The notes: generated from the letters alone by a model not told the origin. Positions 1 through 15,388 are shown, counted from the stretch's first letter. The stretch is DNA of 64,000 bases from Eledone cirrhosa (GCA_964016885.1 OZ024741.1:255006001-255070000), one strand, 5' to 3'. Numbers and translations are program-made.

Positions 1-3000
1 CTTACGGGTGTTTCGACTTACGAGTGTTTCGACTTATGAGTGTTTCGACTTACGAGTGTTCTGACTTACGAGTGTTCCGACTTACGAGTGTTTCGGTTTA
101 CGAGTGTTTCGACATACGAGTGTTTTGACTTACGGGCGTTTCGACTTACGGGTGTTTCGACTTACGAGTGTTTCGGCTTACGAGTGTTTCGACTTACTAA
201 TGTTTTTACTTACGAGTGTTTCGGTGTACGAATGTTTTGACTTAAGGATGTTTCGACTTACGAGTGTTTCGACTTACGAGTGTTTCGGCTTACGTGAGTT
301 TCGACTTAAGAGTGTTCTGATTTACGAGTGTTCTGACTTGCGGGTGTTCTGATTTACGAGTGTTCCGACTTACGAATGTTTCGGCTTACGAGTGTTTCGA
401 CATACGAGTGTTTTGACTTACGGGTGTTTCGACTTACGAGTGTTTTGACTTACGAATGTTTTGACTTACGGGTGATTCGGCTTACGAGTGTTTCGACTTA
501 CGAGTGTTTCGGCTTACGAGTGTTTCGACTTACTAATGTTTTTACTTACGAGTGTTTCGGCGTACGAGAGTTATGACTTACGAGTGTTTCGACTTACGAG
601 TGTTTTGACTTACGAATGTTTTGACTTACGGGTGTTTCGGCTTATGAGTGTTTCGACTTACGAGTCTTTCGGCTTACGAGTGTTTCGACTTACTAATGTT
701 TTTACTTACGAGTGTTTCGGCGTACGAGTGTTTCGACTTACGAGTGTTTCGACTTACGGGTGTTTTGACTTACGGGTGTTTCGGCTTACGAGTGTTTCGA
801 CTTACGAGTATTTTGACTTAAGGGTGTTTCGACTTACGAGTATTTTTGGCTTACGAGTGTTTCGACTTACGAGTGTTTTGACTTACGAGTGTCTGATTTA
901 CGGATGTTTCGACATACGAGTGTTTCGACTTACGAGTGTTTCGACTTATGAGTGTTTCGACTTACGAGTGTTTCGGCTTACGAGTGTTTCGACTTACGAG
1001 TGTTTTGACTTACGGTGTTTCGGCTTACGAGTGTTCCGACTTACGAGTGTTTTGACCTACGGGTGTTTTGACATACGAGTGTTTCGATACGAGTGTTCTG
1101 ACTTACGAGTGTTCTGACTTACGAGTGTTCCGACTTACGAGTGTTCCGACTTACGAGTGTTTCGGCTTACGAGTGTTTCCGGCTTACGAGTGTTTCGACT
1201 TACGAGTGTTTTGACCTACGGTGTTTCGGCTTACGAGTGATTCTACTTACGAGTGTTTTGACTTACGGGTGTTTTGACTTACGGGTGTTGTGAATTACGA
1301 GTGTTCCGATTTACGAGTGTTTTGACTTACGGTGTTTCGGCTTACGAGTGATTCGACTTACGAATGTTTTGACTTACGGGTGTTTCGGCTTGCGAGTGTT
1401 TCGACTTACGAATGTTTCGGCTTATGAGTGTTTCGACTTACTAATGTTTTTACTTACGAGTGTTCTGACTTACGAGTGTTCCGACTTACGAGTGTTCCGA
1501 CTTACGAGTGTTTCGGCTTACGAGTGTTTCCGGCTTACGAGTGTTTCGACTTACGAGTGTTTCGACTTACGAGTGTTTTGACTTACAGTGTTTCGACTTA
1601 CGAGTGATTCGACTTACGGGTGTTTTGACTTTCGGGTGTTTCGGCTTACGAGTGTTTTGACTTAAGGGTGTTTCGACTTACGAGTATTTTTGGCTTACGA
1701 GTGTTTCGACTTACGAGTGTTTTGACTTACGAGTGTTCTGATTTAAGGATGTTTCGACATACGAGTGTTTCGACTTACGAGTGTTTCGACTTATGAGTGT
1801 CTCGACTTACGAGTGTTTCGACTTACGAGTGTTTCGGCTTATGATTGTTTCGACTTACGAGTGTTTTGACTTACGGTGTTTCAGCTTACGAGTGTTTCGA
1901 CTTACGAGTGTTTTGACTTACGGGTGTTTTGACATACGAGTGTTTCGATACGAGTGTTCTGACTTACGAGTGTTCTGACTTACGAGTGTTCCGACTTACG
2001 AGTGTTCCGACTTACGAGTGTTTCGGCTTACGAGTGTTTCCGGCTTACGAGTGTTTCGACTTACGAGTGTTTTGACTTACGGTGTTTCGGCTTACGAGTG
2101 ATTCGACTTACGAGTGTTTTGACTTACGGGTGTTTTGACTTACGGGTGTTGTGAATTACGAGTGTTCCGATTTACGAGTGTTTTGACTTACGGTGTTTCG
2201 GCTTACGAGTGATTCGACTTACGAATGTTTTGACTTACGGGTGTTTCGGCTTGCGAGTGTTTCGACTTACGAGTGTTTCGGCTTATGAGTGTTTCGACTT
2301 ACTAATGTTTTTACTTACGAGTGTTCTGACTTACGAGTGTTCCGACTTACGAGTGTTCCGACTTACGAGTGTTTCGGCTTACGAGTGTTTCCGGCTTACG
2401 AGTGTTTCGACTTACGAGTGTTTCGACTTACGAGTGTTTTGACTTACGGTGTTTCGACTTGCGAGTGATTCGACTTACGAGTGGTTTGACTTACGGGTGT
2501 TTTGACTTACGGGTGTTGTGAATTACGAGTGTTCCGATTTACGAGTGTTTTGACTTACGGTGTTTCGGCTTACGAGTGATTCGACATACGAGTGTTTCGA
2601 TACGAGTGTTTCGACTTACGAGTATTTCGGCTTGCGGGTGTTTCGACTTACTAATGTATTTACTTACGAGTTTTTCGGCGTACGAGTGTTTCGACTTACG
2701 AGTGTTTCGACTTACGGGTGTTTTGACTTAAGGGTGTTTCGACTTACAAGTGTTTCGACATACGAGTGTTCTGACTTACGAGTGTTCTGACTTACGAGTG
2801 TTCTGATTTACGAGTGTTCCGACTTACGAGTGTTTCGGCTAACGAGTGTTTCGGCTTACGAGTGTTTCGACTTACGGGTGTTTTGACATACGAGTGTTTC
2901 GATACGAGTGTTTCGACTTACGAGTGTTCTGACTTACGAGTGTTCTGACTTACGAGTGTTCTGATTTACGAGTGTTCCGACTTACGAGTGTTTCGGCTTA

Positions 3001-5141
3001 CGAGTGTTTCGGCTTACGAGTGTTTCGACTTACGAGTGTTTCGACTTACGAGTGTTCCGACTTACGGGTGTTTCGACTTACGAGTGGTTTGGCTTACGGT
3101 GTTTCGGCTTACGAGTGTTTCGAGTTACGAGTGTTTTGACTTACGCGTGTTTTGACATACGAGTGTTTCGATACGAGTGTTCTGACTTACGAGTGTTCTG
3201 ACTTACGAGTGTTCTGACTTACGAGTGTTCCGACTTTACGAGTGTTTCGGCTTACGAGTGATTCGACATACGAGTGTTTTGACTTACGGGTGTTTTGACT
3301 TACGGGTGATGTGAATTACCAGTGTTCCGATTTACGAGTGTTTTGACTTACGGTGTTTCGGCTTGCGAGTGTTTCGACTTACGAGTGTTTCGGCTTATGA
3401 GTGTTTCGACTTACTAATGTTTTTACTTACGAGTGTTTCGGCGTTCGAGTGTTTCGACTTACGAGTGTTTTGACTTACGAATGTTTTGACTTACGGGTGT
3501 TTCGGCTTACGGGTGTTTCGACTTACGAGTGTTTCGACTTATGAGTGTTTCGACTTACGAGTGTTCTGACTTACGAGTGTTCCGACTTACGAGTGTTTCG
3601 GTTTACGAGTGTTTCGACATACGAGTGTTTTGACTTACGGGCGTTTCGACTTACGGGTGTTTCGACTTACGAGTGTTTCGGCTTACGAGTGTTTCGACTT
3701 ACTAATGTTTTTACTTACGAGTGTTTCGGTGTACGAATGTTTTGACTTAAGGATGTTTCGACTTACGAGTGTTTCGACTTACGAGTGTTTCGGCTTACGT
3801 GAGTTTCGACTTAAGAGTGTTCTGATTTACGAGTGTTCTGACTTGCGGGTGTTCTGATTTACGAGTGTTCCGACTTACGAATGTTTCGGCTTACGAGTGT
3901 TTCGACATACGAGTGTTTTGACTTACGGGTGTTTCGACTTACGAGTGTTTTGACTTACGAATGTTTTGACTTACGGGTGATTCGGCTTACGAGTGTTTCG
4001 ACTTACGAGTGTTTCGGCTTACGAGTGTTTCGACTTACTAATGTTTTTACTTACGAGTGTTTCGGCGTACGAGAGTTATGACTTACGAGTGTTTCGACTT
4101 ACGAGTGTTTTGACTTACGAATGTTTTGACTTACGGGTGTTTCGGCTTATGAGTGTTTCGACTTACGAGTCTTTCGGCTTACGAGTGTTTCGACTTACTA
4201 ATGTTTTTACTTACGAGTGTTTCGGCGTACGAGTGTTTCGACTTACGAGTGTTTCGACTTACGGGTGTTTTGACTTACGGGTGTTTCGGCTTACGAGTGT
4301 TTCGACTTACGAGTATTTTGACTTAAGGGTGTTTCGACTTACGAGTATTTTTGGCTTACGAGTGTTTCGACTTACGAGTGTTTTGACTTACGAGTGTTCT
4401 GATTTACGGATGTTTCGACATACGAGTGTTTCGACTTACGAGTGTTTCGACTTATGAGTGTTTCGACTTACGAGTGTTTCGGCTTACGAGTGTTTCGACT
4501 TACGAGTGTTTTGACTTACGGTGTTTCGGCTTACGAGTGTTCCGACTTACGAGTGTTTTGACCTACGGGTGTTTTGACATACGAGTGTTTCGATACGAGT
4601 GTTCTGACTTACGAGTGTTCTGACTTACGAGTGTTTTGACTTACGAGTGTTCTGACTTACGAGTGTTCCGAATAACGAGTGTTCCGACTTACGAGTGTTT
4701 CGGCTTACGAGTGTTTCCGGCTTACGAGTGTTTCGACTTCCGAGTGTTTTGACTTACGGTGTTTCGGCTTACGAGTGATTCGACTTACGAGTGTTTTGAA
4801 TTACGGGTGATTTGACTTACGGGTGTTGTGAATTACGAGTGTTCCGATTTACGAGTGTTTTGACTTACGGTCTTTCGGCTTACGAGTGATTCGACTTACG
4901 AATGTTTTGACTTACGGGTGTTTCGGCTTGCGAGTGTTTCGACTTACGAGTGTTTCGGCTTATGGGTGTTTCGACTTACTAATGTTTTTACTTACGAGTG
5001 TTTCGGCGTACGAGTGTTTTGATTTACGAGTGTTTCGACTTACGAGTGTTTCGACTTACGAGTGTTTCGACTTACGTGAGTTTCGACTTAAGAGTGTTCT
5101 GATTTACGAGTGTTCTGACTTACGGGTGTTCTGATTTACGA

Positions 5142-6447
5142 GTGTTCCGACTTACGAGTGTTTCGGCTTATGAGTGTTTCGACTTACGAGTGTTTCGGCT
5201 TACGAGTGTTTCGACTTATGGGTGTTTCGACTTACGAGTGTTTTTACTTACGGTGTTTCGGCTTACGAGTGTTTCGACTTCCGAGTGTTTTGACTTACGG
5301 TGTTTCGGCTTACGAGTGATTCGACTTACGAGAGTTTTGACTTAAGGGTGTTTTGACTTACGGGTGTTGTGAATTACGAGTGTTCCGATTTACGAGTGTT
5401 TTGACTTACGGTGTTTCGGCTTACGAGTGATTCGACTTACGAATGTTTTGACTTACGGGTGTTTCGGCTTGCGAGTGTTTCGACTTACGAGTGTTTCGGC
5501 TTATAAGTGTTTCGACTTACTAATGTTTTTACTTACGAGTGTTTCGGCGTACGAGTGTTTTGACTTACGAGTGTTTCGATTTACGAGTGTTTCGGCTTGC
5601 GAGTGTTTCGACTTACTAATGTTTTTACTTACGAGTGTTTCGGCGTACGAGTGTTTTGACTTACGAGTGTTTCGACTTACGAGTGTTTCGACTTACGAGT
5701 GTTTCGACTTACGAGTGTTTCGGCTTACGTGAGTTTCGACTTAAGAGTGTTCTGATTTACGAGTGTTCTGACTTGCGGGTGTTCTGATTTACGAGTGTTC
5801 CGACTTACGAGTGTTTCGGCTTATGAGTGTTTCGACTTACGAGTGTTTCGGCTTACGAGTGTTTCGACTTATGGGTGTTTCGACTTACGAGTGTTTTTAC
5901 TTACGGTGTTTCGGCTTACGAGTGTTTCGACTTCCGAGTGTTTTGACTTACGGTGTTTCGGCTTACGAGTGATTCGACTTACGAGAGTTTTGACTTAAGG
6001 GTGTTTTGACTTACGGGTGTTGTGAATTACGAGTGTTCCGATTTACGAGTGTTTTGACTTACGGTGTTTCGGCTTACGAGTGATTCGACTTACGAATGTT
6101 TTGACTTACGGGTGTTTCGGCTTGCGAGTGTTTCGACTTACGAGTGTTTCGGCTTATAAGTGTTTCGACTTACTAATGTTTTTACTTACGAGTGTTTCGG
6201 CGTACGAGTGTTTTGACTTACGAGTGTTTCGATTTACGAGTGTTTCGGCTTGCGAGTGTTTCGACTTACTAATGTTTTTACTTACGAGTGTTTCGGCGTA
6301 CGAGTGTTTTGACTTACGAGTGTTTCGACTTACGAGTGTTTCGACTTACGAGTGTTTCGACTTACGAGTGTTTCGGCTTACGTGAGTTTCGACTTAAGAG
6401 TGTTCTGATTTACGAGTGTTCTGACTTGCGGGTGTTCTGATTTACGA
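5142..6447 (+). repeat. Recent tandem duplication, 2 x 653 bp, within the satellite (boundaries approximate)
   Basis: Identical ORF-track translations at 5142/5795 and 5427/6080 (offset 653). The homologous blocks at ~24.6 kb and ~34.1 kb have only one copy. Confidence 0.9.
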
Positions 6448-9400
6448 GTGTTCCGACTTACGAGTGTTTCGGCTTATGAGTGTTTCGACTTACGAGTGTT
6501 TCGGCTTACGAGTGTTTCGACTTATGGGTGTTTCGACTTACGAGTGTTTTTACTTACGGTGTTTCGGCTTACGAGTGTTTCGACATACGAGTGTTTTGAC
6601 TTACGGGTGTTTCGACTTACGAGTGTTTTGACTTACGAATGTTTTGACTTACGGGTGTTTCGGCTTACGAGTGTTTCGACTTACGAGTGTTTCGGCTTAC
6701 GAGTGTTTCGACTTACTAATGTTCTTACTTACGAGTGTTTCGGCGTACGAGAGTTTTGACTTACGAGTGTTTCGACTTACGAGTGTTTCGACTTACGAGT
6801 GTTTTGACTTACGAATGTTTTGACTTACGGGTGTTTCGGCTTACGAGTGTTTCGACTTACGAGTCTTTCGGCTTACGAGTGTTTCGACTTACTAATATTT
6901 TTACTTACGAGTGTTTCGGCGTACGAGTGTTTCGACTTACGAGTGTTTCGACTTACGGGTGTTTTGACTTACGGGTGTTTCGGCTTACGAGTGTTTTGAC
7001 TTACGAGTGTTTTGACTTAAGGGTGTTTCAACATACGAGTATTTTTGGCTTACGAGTGTTTCGACTTACGAGTGTTTTGACTTACGAGTGTTCTGATTTA
7101 CGGATGTTTCGACATACGAGTGTTTCGACTTACGAGTGTTTCGACTTATGAGTGTTTCGACTTACGAGTGTTTCGGCTTATGAGTGTTTCGACTTACGAG
7201 TATTTCGGCTTACGAGTGTTTCGACGTACGAATGTTTTGGCTTACGAGTGTTTCGGCTTATGAGTGTTTCGGCTTACGAGTGTTTCGACTTACGAGTGTT
7301 TCGGCTTACGAGTGTTTCAGTGTTTCGGCTTACGTGTGTTTCGACTTACGAGTGTTTCGACTTACGACTGTTTCGGCTTACGAGTGTTTCGGCTTACGAG
7401 TGTTTCGGCTTACGAGTGTTTTGACTTACGTGTGTTTTGACTTACGATTGTTTGGCTTACGAGTCTTCTGACTTACGTGTGTTCTGACTTTCGAGTGTTC
7501 CGACTTACGAGTGTTTCGGCTTATGAGGGTTTCGACTTACAAGTGCTTCGGCTTACGAGTGTTTCGACTTACGAGCGTTTCGGCTTACGAGTGTTTCGAC
7601 TTACGAGTGTTTCGACTTACGAGTGTTTTGACTTACGGTGTTTCGGCTTACGAGTGTTTCGACATACGAGTGTTTTGACGTACGGATGTTTCGACTTACG
7701 GGTCTTTCGACTTAAGAGTGTTTCGACTTACGAGCGCTTCGACTTACGAGTGTTTCGACTTACGAGTGTTTCGGCGTATGAGTGTTTTGACTTACGAGTG
7801 TTTCGACTTACGAGTGTTTCGACTTACGAGTGTTTCGAATTACGAGTGTTTCGACTTACGAGTGTTTTGACTTACGAGTGTTTTGACTTACGGTGTTTCT
7901 GCTTACGAGTGTTTCGACTTACGAGTGTTATGACTTACGGGTGTTTTGACATACGAGTGTTTCGACTTACGAGTGTTTTGACTTACGGGTGTTTTGACAT
8001 ACGAGTGTTTCGATACGAGTGTTCTGACTTACGAGTGTTCTGACTTACAAGTGTTCTGACTTACGATTGTTTCGACATACGAGTGTTTCGACTTACTAAT
8101 GTTTTTACTTACGAGTGTTTCGGCGTACGAGAGTTTTGACTTACGAGTGTTTCGACTTACGAGTGTTTCGACTTACGAGTATTTTGACTTACGAATGTTT
8201 TGACTTACGGGTGTTTCGGCTTACGAGTGTTTCGACTTACGAGTGTTTCGGCTTACGAGTGTTTCGACTTACTAATGTTTTTACTTACGAGTGTTTCGGC
8301 GTACGAGTGTTTCGACTTCCGAGTGTTTCGACTTACGGGTGTTTTGACTTTCGGGTGTTTCGGCTTACGAGTGTTTTGACTTACGAGTGTTTTGACTTAA
8401 GGGTGTTTCGACTTACGAGTATTTTTGGCTTACGAGTGTTTCGACTTACGAGTGTTTTGACTTACGAGTGTTCTGATTTAAGGATGTTTCGACATACGAG
8501 TGTTTCGACATACGAGTGTTTCGACTTATGAGTGTTTCGACTTACGAGTGTTTCGACTTACGAGTGTTTCGGCTTATGATTGTTTCGACTTACGAGTGTT
8601 TTGACTTACGGTGTTTCAGCTTACGAGTGTTTCGACTTACGAGTGTTTTGACTTACGGGTGTTTTGACATACGAGTGTTTCGATACGAGTGTTCTGACTT
8701 ACGAGTGTTCTGACTTACGAGTGTTCCGACTTACGAGTGTTCCGACTTACGAGTGTTTCGGCTTACGAGTGTTTCCGGCTTACGAGTGTTTCGACTTACG
8801 AGTGTTTTGACTTACGGTGTTTCGGCTTACGAGTGATTCGACTTACGAGTGTTTTGACTTACGGGTGTTTTGACTTACGGGTGTTGTGAATTACGAGTGT
8901 TCCGATTTACGAGTGTTTTGACTTACGGTGTTTCGGCTTACGAGTGATTCGACTTACGAATGTTTTGACTTACGGGTGTTTCGGCTTGCGAGTGTTTCGA
9001 CTTACGAGTGTTTCGGCTTATGAGTGTTTCGACTTACTAATGTTTTTACTTACGAGTGTTCTGACTTACGAGTGTTCCGACTTACGAGTGTTCCGACTTA
9101 CGAGTGTTTCGGCTTACGAGTGTTTCCGGCTTACGAGTGTTTCGACTTACGAGTGTTTCGACTTACGAGTGTTTTGACTTACTTTGTTTCGACTTACGAG
9201 TGATTCGACTTACGAGTGGTTTGACTTACGGGTGTTTTGACTTACGGGTGTTGTGAATTACGAGTGTTCCGATTTACGAGTGTTTTGACTTACGGTGTTT
9301 CGGCTTACGAGTGATTCGACTTACGAATGTTTTGACTTACGGGTGTTTCGGCTTGCTAGTGTTTCGACTTACGAGTGTTTCGGCTTATGAGTGTTTCGAC

Positions 9401-12400
9401 TTACTACTGTTTTTACTTACGAGTGTTTCGGCGTACGAGTGTTTTGACTTACGAGTGTTTCGAATTACGAGTGTTTTGACTTACGAATGTTTTGACATAC
9501 GGGTGTTTCGACTTACGAGTGTTTCGACTTACGAGTGTTTCGGCTTGCGAGTGTTTCGACTTACTAATGTTTTTACTTACGAGTTTTTCGGCGTACGAGT
9601 GTTTCGACTTACGAGTGTTTCGACTTACGGGTGTTTTGACTTAAGGGTGTTTCGACTTACAAGTGCTTCGACATACGAGTGTTTCGACTTACGAGTGTTT
9701 CGACTTACGAGTGTTTTGACTTACGGGTGTTTTGACATACGAGTGTTTCGATACGAGTGTTTCGACTTACGAGTGTTCTGACTTACGAGTGTTCTGACTT
9801 ACGAGTGTTCTGATTTACGAGTGGTCCGACTTACGAGTGTTTCGGCTAACGAGTGTTTCGGCTTACGAGTGTTTCGACTTACGGGTGTTTTGACATACGA
9901 GTGTTTCGATACGAGTGTTTCGACTTACGAGTGTTCTGACTTACGAGTGTTCTGACTTACGAGTGTTCTGATTTACGAGTGTTCCGACTTACGAGTGTTT
10001 CGGCTTACGAGTGTTTCGGCTTACGAGTGTTTCGACTTACGAGTGTTTCGACTTACGAGTGTTCCGACTTACGGGTGTTTCGACTTACGAGTGGTTTGGC
10101 TTACGGTGTTTCGGCTTACGAGTGTTTCGAGTTACGAGTGTTTTGACTTACGCGTGTTTTGACATACGAGTGTTTCGATACGAGTGTTCTGACTTACGAG
10201 TGTTCTGACTTACGAGTGTTCTGACTTACGAGTGTTCCGACTTTACGAGTGTTTCGGCTCACGAGTGTTTCGGCTTACGAGTGATTCGACTTACGAGTGT
10301 TTTGACTTACGGGTGTTTCGGCTTGCGAGTGTTTCGACTTACGAGTGTTTCGGCTTATGAGTGTTTCGACTTACTAATGTTTTTACTTACGAGTGTTTCG
10401 GCGTTCGAGTGTTTTGACTTACGAGTGTTTCGACTTACGAGTGTTTCGACTTACCAGTGTTTTGACTTACGAATGTTTTGACTTACGGGTGTTTCGGCTT
10501 ACGAGTGTTTCGACTTACGAGTCTTTCGGCTTACGAGTGTTTCGACTTACTAATGTTTTTACTTACGAGTGTTTCGGTGTACGAGTGTTTCGACTTACGG
10601 GTGTTTCGACTTACGGGTGTTTTGACTTACGGGTGTTTCGGCTAACGAGTGTTTTGACTTACGAGTGTTTTGACTTAAGGGTGTTTCGACTTACGAGTAT
10701 TTTTGGCTTACGAGTGTTTCGACTTACGAGTGTTTTGACTTACGAGTGTTCTGATTTACGGATGTTTCGACATACGAGTGTTTCGACTTACGAGTGTTTC
10801 GACTATGAGTGTTTCGACTTACGAGTGTTTCGGCTTATGAGTGTTTCGACTTACGAGTGCTTCGGCTTACGAGTGTTTCGACTTACGAGTATTTCGGCTT
10901 AAGAGTGTTTCGACGTACGAATGTTTTGGCTTACGAGTGTTTCGGCTTATGAGTGTTTCGGCTTACGAGTGTTTCGACTTACGAGTGTTTCGGCTTACGA
11001 GTGTTTCAGTGTTTCGGCTTACGTGTGTTTCGACTTACGAGTGTTTCGACTTACGACTGTTTCGGCTTACGAGTGTTTCGGCTTACGAGTGTTTCGGCTT
11101 ACGAGTGTTTTGACTTACGAGTGTTTTGACTTACAATTGTTTGGCTTACGAGTGTTCTGACTTACGGGTGTTCTGACTTACGAGTGTTCCGACTTACGAG
11201 TGTTTCGGCTTATGAGGGTTTCGACTTACGAGTGCTTCGGCTTACGAGTGTTTCGACTTACGAGTGTTTCGGCTTACGAGTGTTTCGACTTACGAGTGTT
11301 TCGACTTACGAGTGTTTTGACTTACGGTGTTTCGGCTTACGAGTGTTTCGACATACGAGTGTTTTGACGTACGGGTGTTTCGACTTACGGGTCTTTCGAC
11401 TTAAGAGTGTTTCGACTTACGAGCGCTTCGACTTACGAGTGTTTCGACTTACGAGTGTTTCGGCGTATGAGTGTTTTGACTTACGAGTGTTTTGACTTAC
11501 GAGTGTTTTGAATTACGGTGTTTCTGCTTACGAGTGTTTCGACTTACGAGTGTTATGACTTACGGGTGTTTTCACATACGAGTGTTTCGACTTACGAGTG
11601 TTTTGACTTACGGGTGTTTTGACATACGAGTGTTTCGATACGAGTGTTCTGACTTACGAGTGTTCTGACTTGCGAGTGTTCTGACTTACGAGTGTTTCGA
11701 CATACGAGGGTTTTGACTTACGGTGTTTCAGCTTACGAGTGTTTCGGCGTACGAGAGTTTTGACTTACGAGTGTTTCGACTTACGAGTGTTTCGACTTAC
11801 GAGTATTTTGACTTACGAATGTTTTGACTTACGGGTGTTTCGGCTTACGAGTGTTTCGACTTACGAGTCTTTCGGCTTACGAGTGTTTCGACTTACTAAT
11901 GTTTTTACTTACGAGTGTTTCGGCGTACGAGTGTTTCGACTTCCGAGTGTTTCGACTTACGGATGTTTTGACTTACGGGTGTTTCGGCTTACGAGTGTTT
12001 TGACTTACGAGTGTTTTGACTTAAGGGTGTTTCGACTTACGAGTATTTTTGGCTTACGAGTGTTTCGACTTACGAGTGTTTTGACTTACGAGTGTTCTGA
12101 TTTACGGATGTTTCGACATACGAGTGTTTCGACTTACGAGTGTTTCGACTTATGAGTGTTTCGACTTACGAGTGTTTCGACTTACGAGTGTTTCGGCTTA
12201 TGATTGTTTCGACTTACGAGTGTTTTGACTTACGGTGTTTCAGCTTACGAGTGTTTCGACTTACGAGTGTTTTGACTTACGGGTGTTTTGACATACGAGT
12301 GTTTCGATACGAGTGTTCTGACTTACGAGTGTTCTGACTTACGAGTGTTTTGACTTACGAGTGTTCTGACTTACGAGTGTTCCGACTTACGAGTGTTCCG

Positions 12401-15388
12401 ACTTACGAGTGTTTCGACTTACGAGTGTTTCCTGCTTACGAGTGTTTCGACTTACGAGTGTTTTGACTTACGGTGTTTCGGCTTACGAGTGATTCGACTT
12501 ACGATGTTTTGACTTACGGGTGTTTTGACTTACGGGTGTTGTGAATTACGAGTGTTCCGATTTACGAGTGTTTTGACTAACGGTGTTTCGGCTTACGAGT
12601 GATTCGACTTACGAATGTTTTTACTTACGGGTGTTTCGGCTTGCGAGTTTTTCGACTTACGAGTGTTTCGGCTTATGAGTGTTTCGACTTACTAATGTTT
12701 TTACTTACGAGTGTTCTGACTTACGAGTGTTCCGACTTACGAGTGTTCCGACTTACGAGTGTTTCGGCTTACGAGTGTTTCCGGCTTACGAGTGTTTCAA
12801 CTTACGAGTGTTTCGACTTACGAGTGTTTTGACTTACGGTGTTTCGACTTACGAGTGATTCGACTTACGAGTGTTTTGACTTACGGGTGTTTTGACTTAC
12901 GGGTGTTGTGAATTACGAGTGTTCCGATTTACGAGTGTTTTGAGTTACGGTGTTTCGGCTTACGAGTGATTCGACTTACGAATGTTTTGACTTACGGGTG
13001 TTTCGGCTTGCTAGTGTTTCGACTTACGAGTGTTTCGACTTACTACTGTTTTTACTTACGAGTGTTTCGGCGTACGAGTGTTTTGACTTACGAGTGTTTC
13101 GACTTACGAGTGTTTCGAATTACGAGTGTTTCGGCTTACGTGTGTTTCGACTTAAGAGTGTTCTGATTTACGAGTGTTCTGACTTGCGGGTGTTCTGATT
13201 TACGAGTGTTCCGACTTACGAGTGTTTCGGCTTATGAGTGTTTCGACTTACGAGTGTTTCGGCTTACGAGTGTTTCGACTTATGGGTGTTTCGACATACG
13301 AGTGTTTTGACTTACGGGTGTTTCGACTTACGAGTGTTTTGACTTACGAATGTTTTGACTTACGGGTGTTTCGGCTTACGAGTGTTTCGACTTACGAGTG
13401 TTTCGGCTTACGAGTGTTTCGACTTACTAATGTTCTTACTTACGAGTGTTTCGGCGTACGAGTTTTGACTTACGAGTGCTTCGACTTACGAGTGTTTCGA
13501 CTTACGAAAGTTTTGACTTACGGGTGTTTCAGCTTACGAGTGTTTCGACGTACGAGTCTTTCGGCTTACGAGTGTTTCGGCGTACGAGTGTTTCGACTTA
13601 CGAGTGTTTCGACTTACGAGTGTTTTGAATTACGGGTGTTTTGACATACGAGTGTTTCGATACGAGTGTTTCGACTTACGAGTTTTCTGACTTACGAGTG
13701 TTCTGACTTACGAGTGTTCTGACTTACGAGTGTTCTGATTTACGAGTGTTCCGACTTACGAGTGTTTCGGCTTACGAGTGTTTCGGCTTACGAGTGTTTC
13801 GACTTACGGGTGTTTTGACTTACGGGTGTTTCGGCTTACGAGTGTTTCGGCTTATGATTGTTTCGACTTACGAGTGTTTTGACTTACGGTGTTTCAGCTT
13901 ACGAGTGTTTCGACTTACGAGTGATTTGACTTACGGGTGGTTTGACATACGAGTGTTTCGATACGAGTGTTCTGACTTACGAGTGTTCTGACTTACGAGT
14001 GTTTTGACTTACGAGTGTTCTGACTTACGAGTGTTCCGACTTACGAGTGTTCCGACTTACGAGTGTTTCGGCTTACGAGTGTTTCCGGCTTACGAGTGTT
14101 TCGACTTACGAGTGTTTTGACCTACGGTGTTTCGGCTTACGAGTGATTCGACTTACGAGTGTTTTGATATACGGGTGTTTTGACTTACGGGTGTTGTGAA
14201 TTACGAGTGTTCCGATTTACGAGTGTTTTGACTTACGGTGTTTCGGCTTACGAGTGATTCGACTTACGAATGTTTTGACTTACGGGTGTTTCGGCTTGCG
14301 AGTGTTTCGACTTACGAATGTTTCGGCTTATGAGTGTTTCGACTTACTAATGTTTTTACTTACGAGTGTTCTGACTTACGAGTGTTCCGACTTACGAGTG
14401 TTCCGACTTACGAGTGTTTCGGCTTACGAGTGTTTCCGGCTTACGAGTGTTTCGACTTACGAATGTTTCGACTTACGAGTGTTTTGACTTACGGTGTTTC
14501 GACTTACGAGTGATTCGACTTACGAGTGTTTTGACTGACGGGTGTTTTGACTTACGGGTGTTGTGAATTACGAGTGTTCCGATTTACGAGTGTTTTGACT
14601 TACGGTGTTTCGGCTTAGGAGTGATTCGACTTATGAATGTTTTGACTTACGGGTGTTTCGGCTTGCTAGTGTTTCGACTTACGAGTGTTTCGGCTTATGA
14701 GTGTTTCGACTTACTACTGTTTTGACTTACGAGTGTTTCGAATTACGAGTGTTTTGACTTACGAATGTTTTGACTTACGGGTGTTTCGGCTTACGAGTGT
14801 TTCGACTTACGAGTGTTTCGGCTTGCGAGTGTTTCGACATACGAGTGTTTTGACTTACGGGTGTTTCGGCTTACGAGTGTTCCGACTTACGAGTGTTTCG
14901 GCTTACGAGTGTTTCCGGCTTACGAGTGTTTCGGCGTACGAGTGTTTCGACTTACGAGTGTTTCGACTTACGGGTGTTTTGACTTAAGGGTGTTTCGACT
15001 TACAAGTGATTCGACTTACGAGTGTTTCGACTTACGAGTGTTCTGACTTACGAGTGTTCTGATTTACGGATGTTTCGACATACGAGTGTTTCGACTTACG
15101 AGTGTTTCGACTTACGAGTGATTTGACTTACGGGTGTTTTGACATACGAGTGTTTCGATACGAGTGTTTCGACTTACGAGTGTTCTGACTTACGAGTGTT
15201 CTGACTTACGAGTGTTTCGAGTTACGAGTGTTTTGACTTACGCGTGTTTTGACATACGAGTGTTTCGGCTTACGAGTGTTTCGGCTTACGAGTGTTTCGA
15301 CTTACGAGTGTTTCGACTTACGAGTGTTCCGACTTTACGAGTGTTTCGGCTCACGAGTGTTTCGGCTTACGAGTGTTTCGACTTATGA

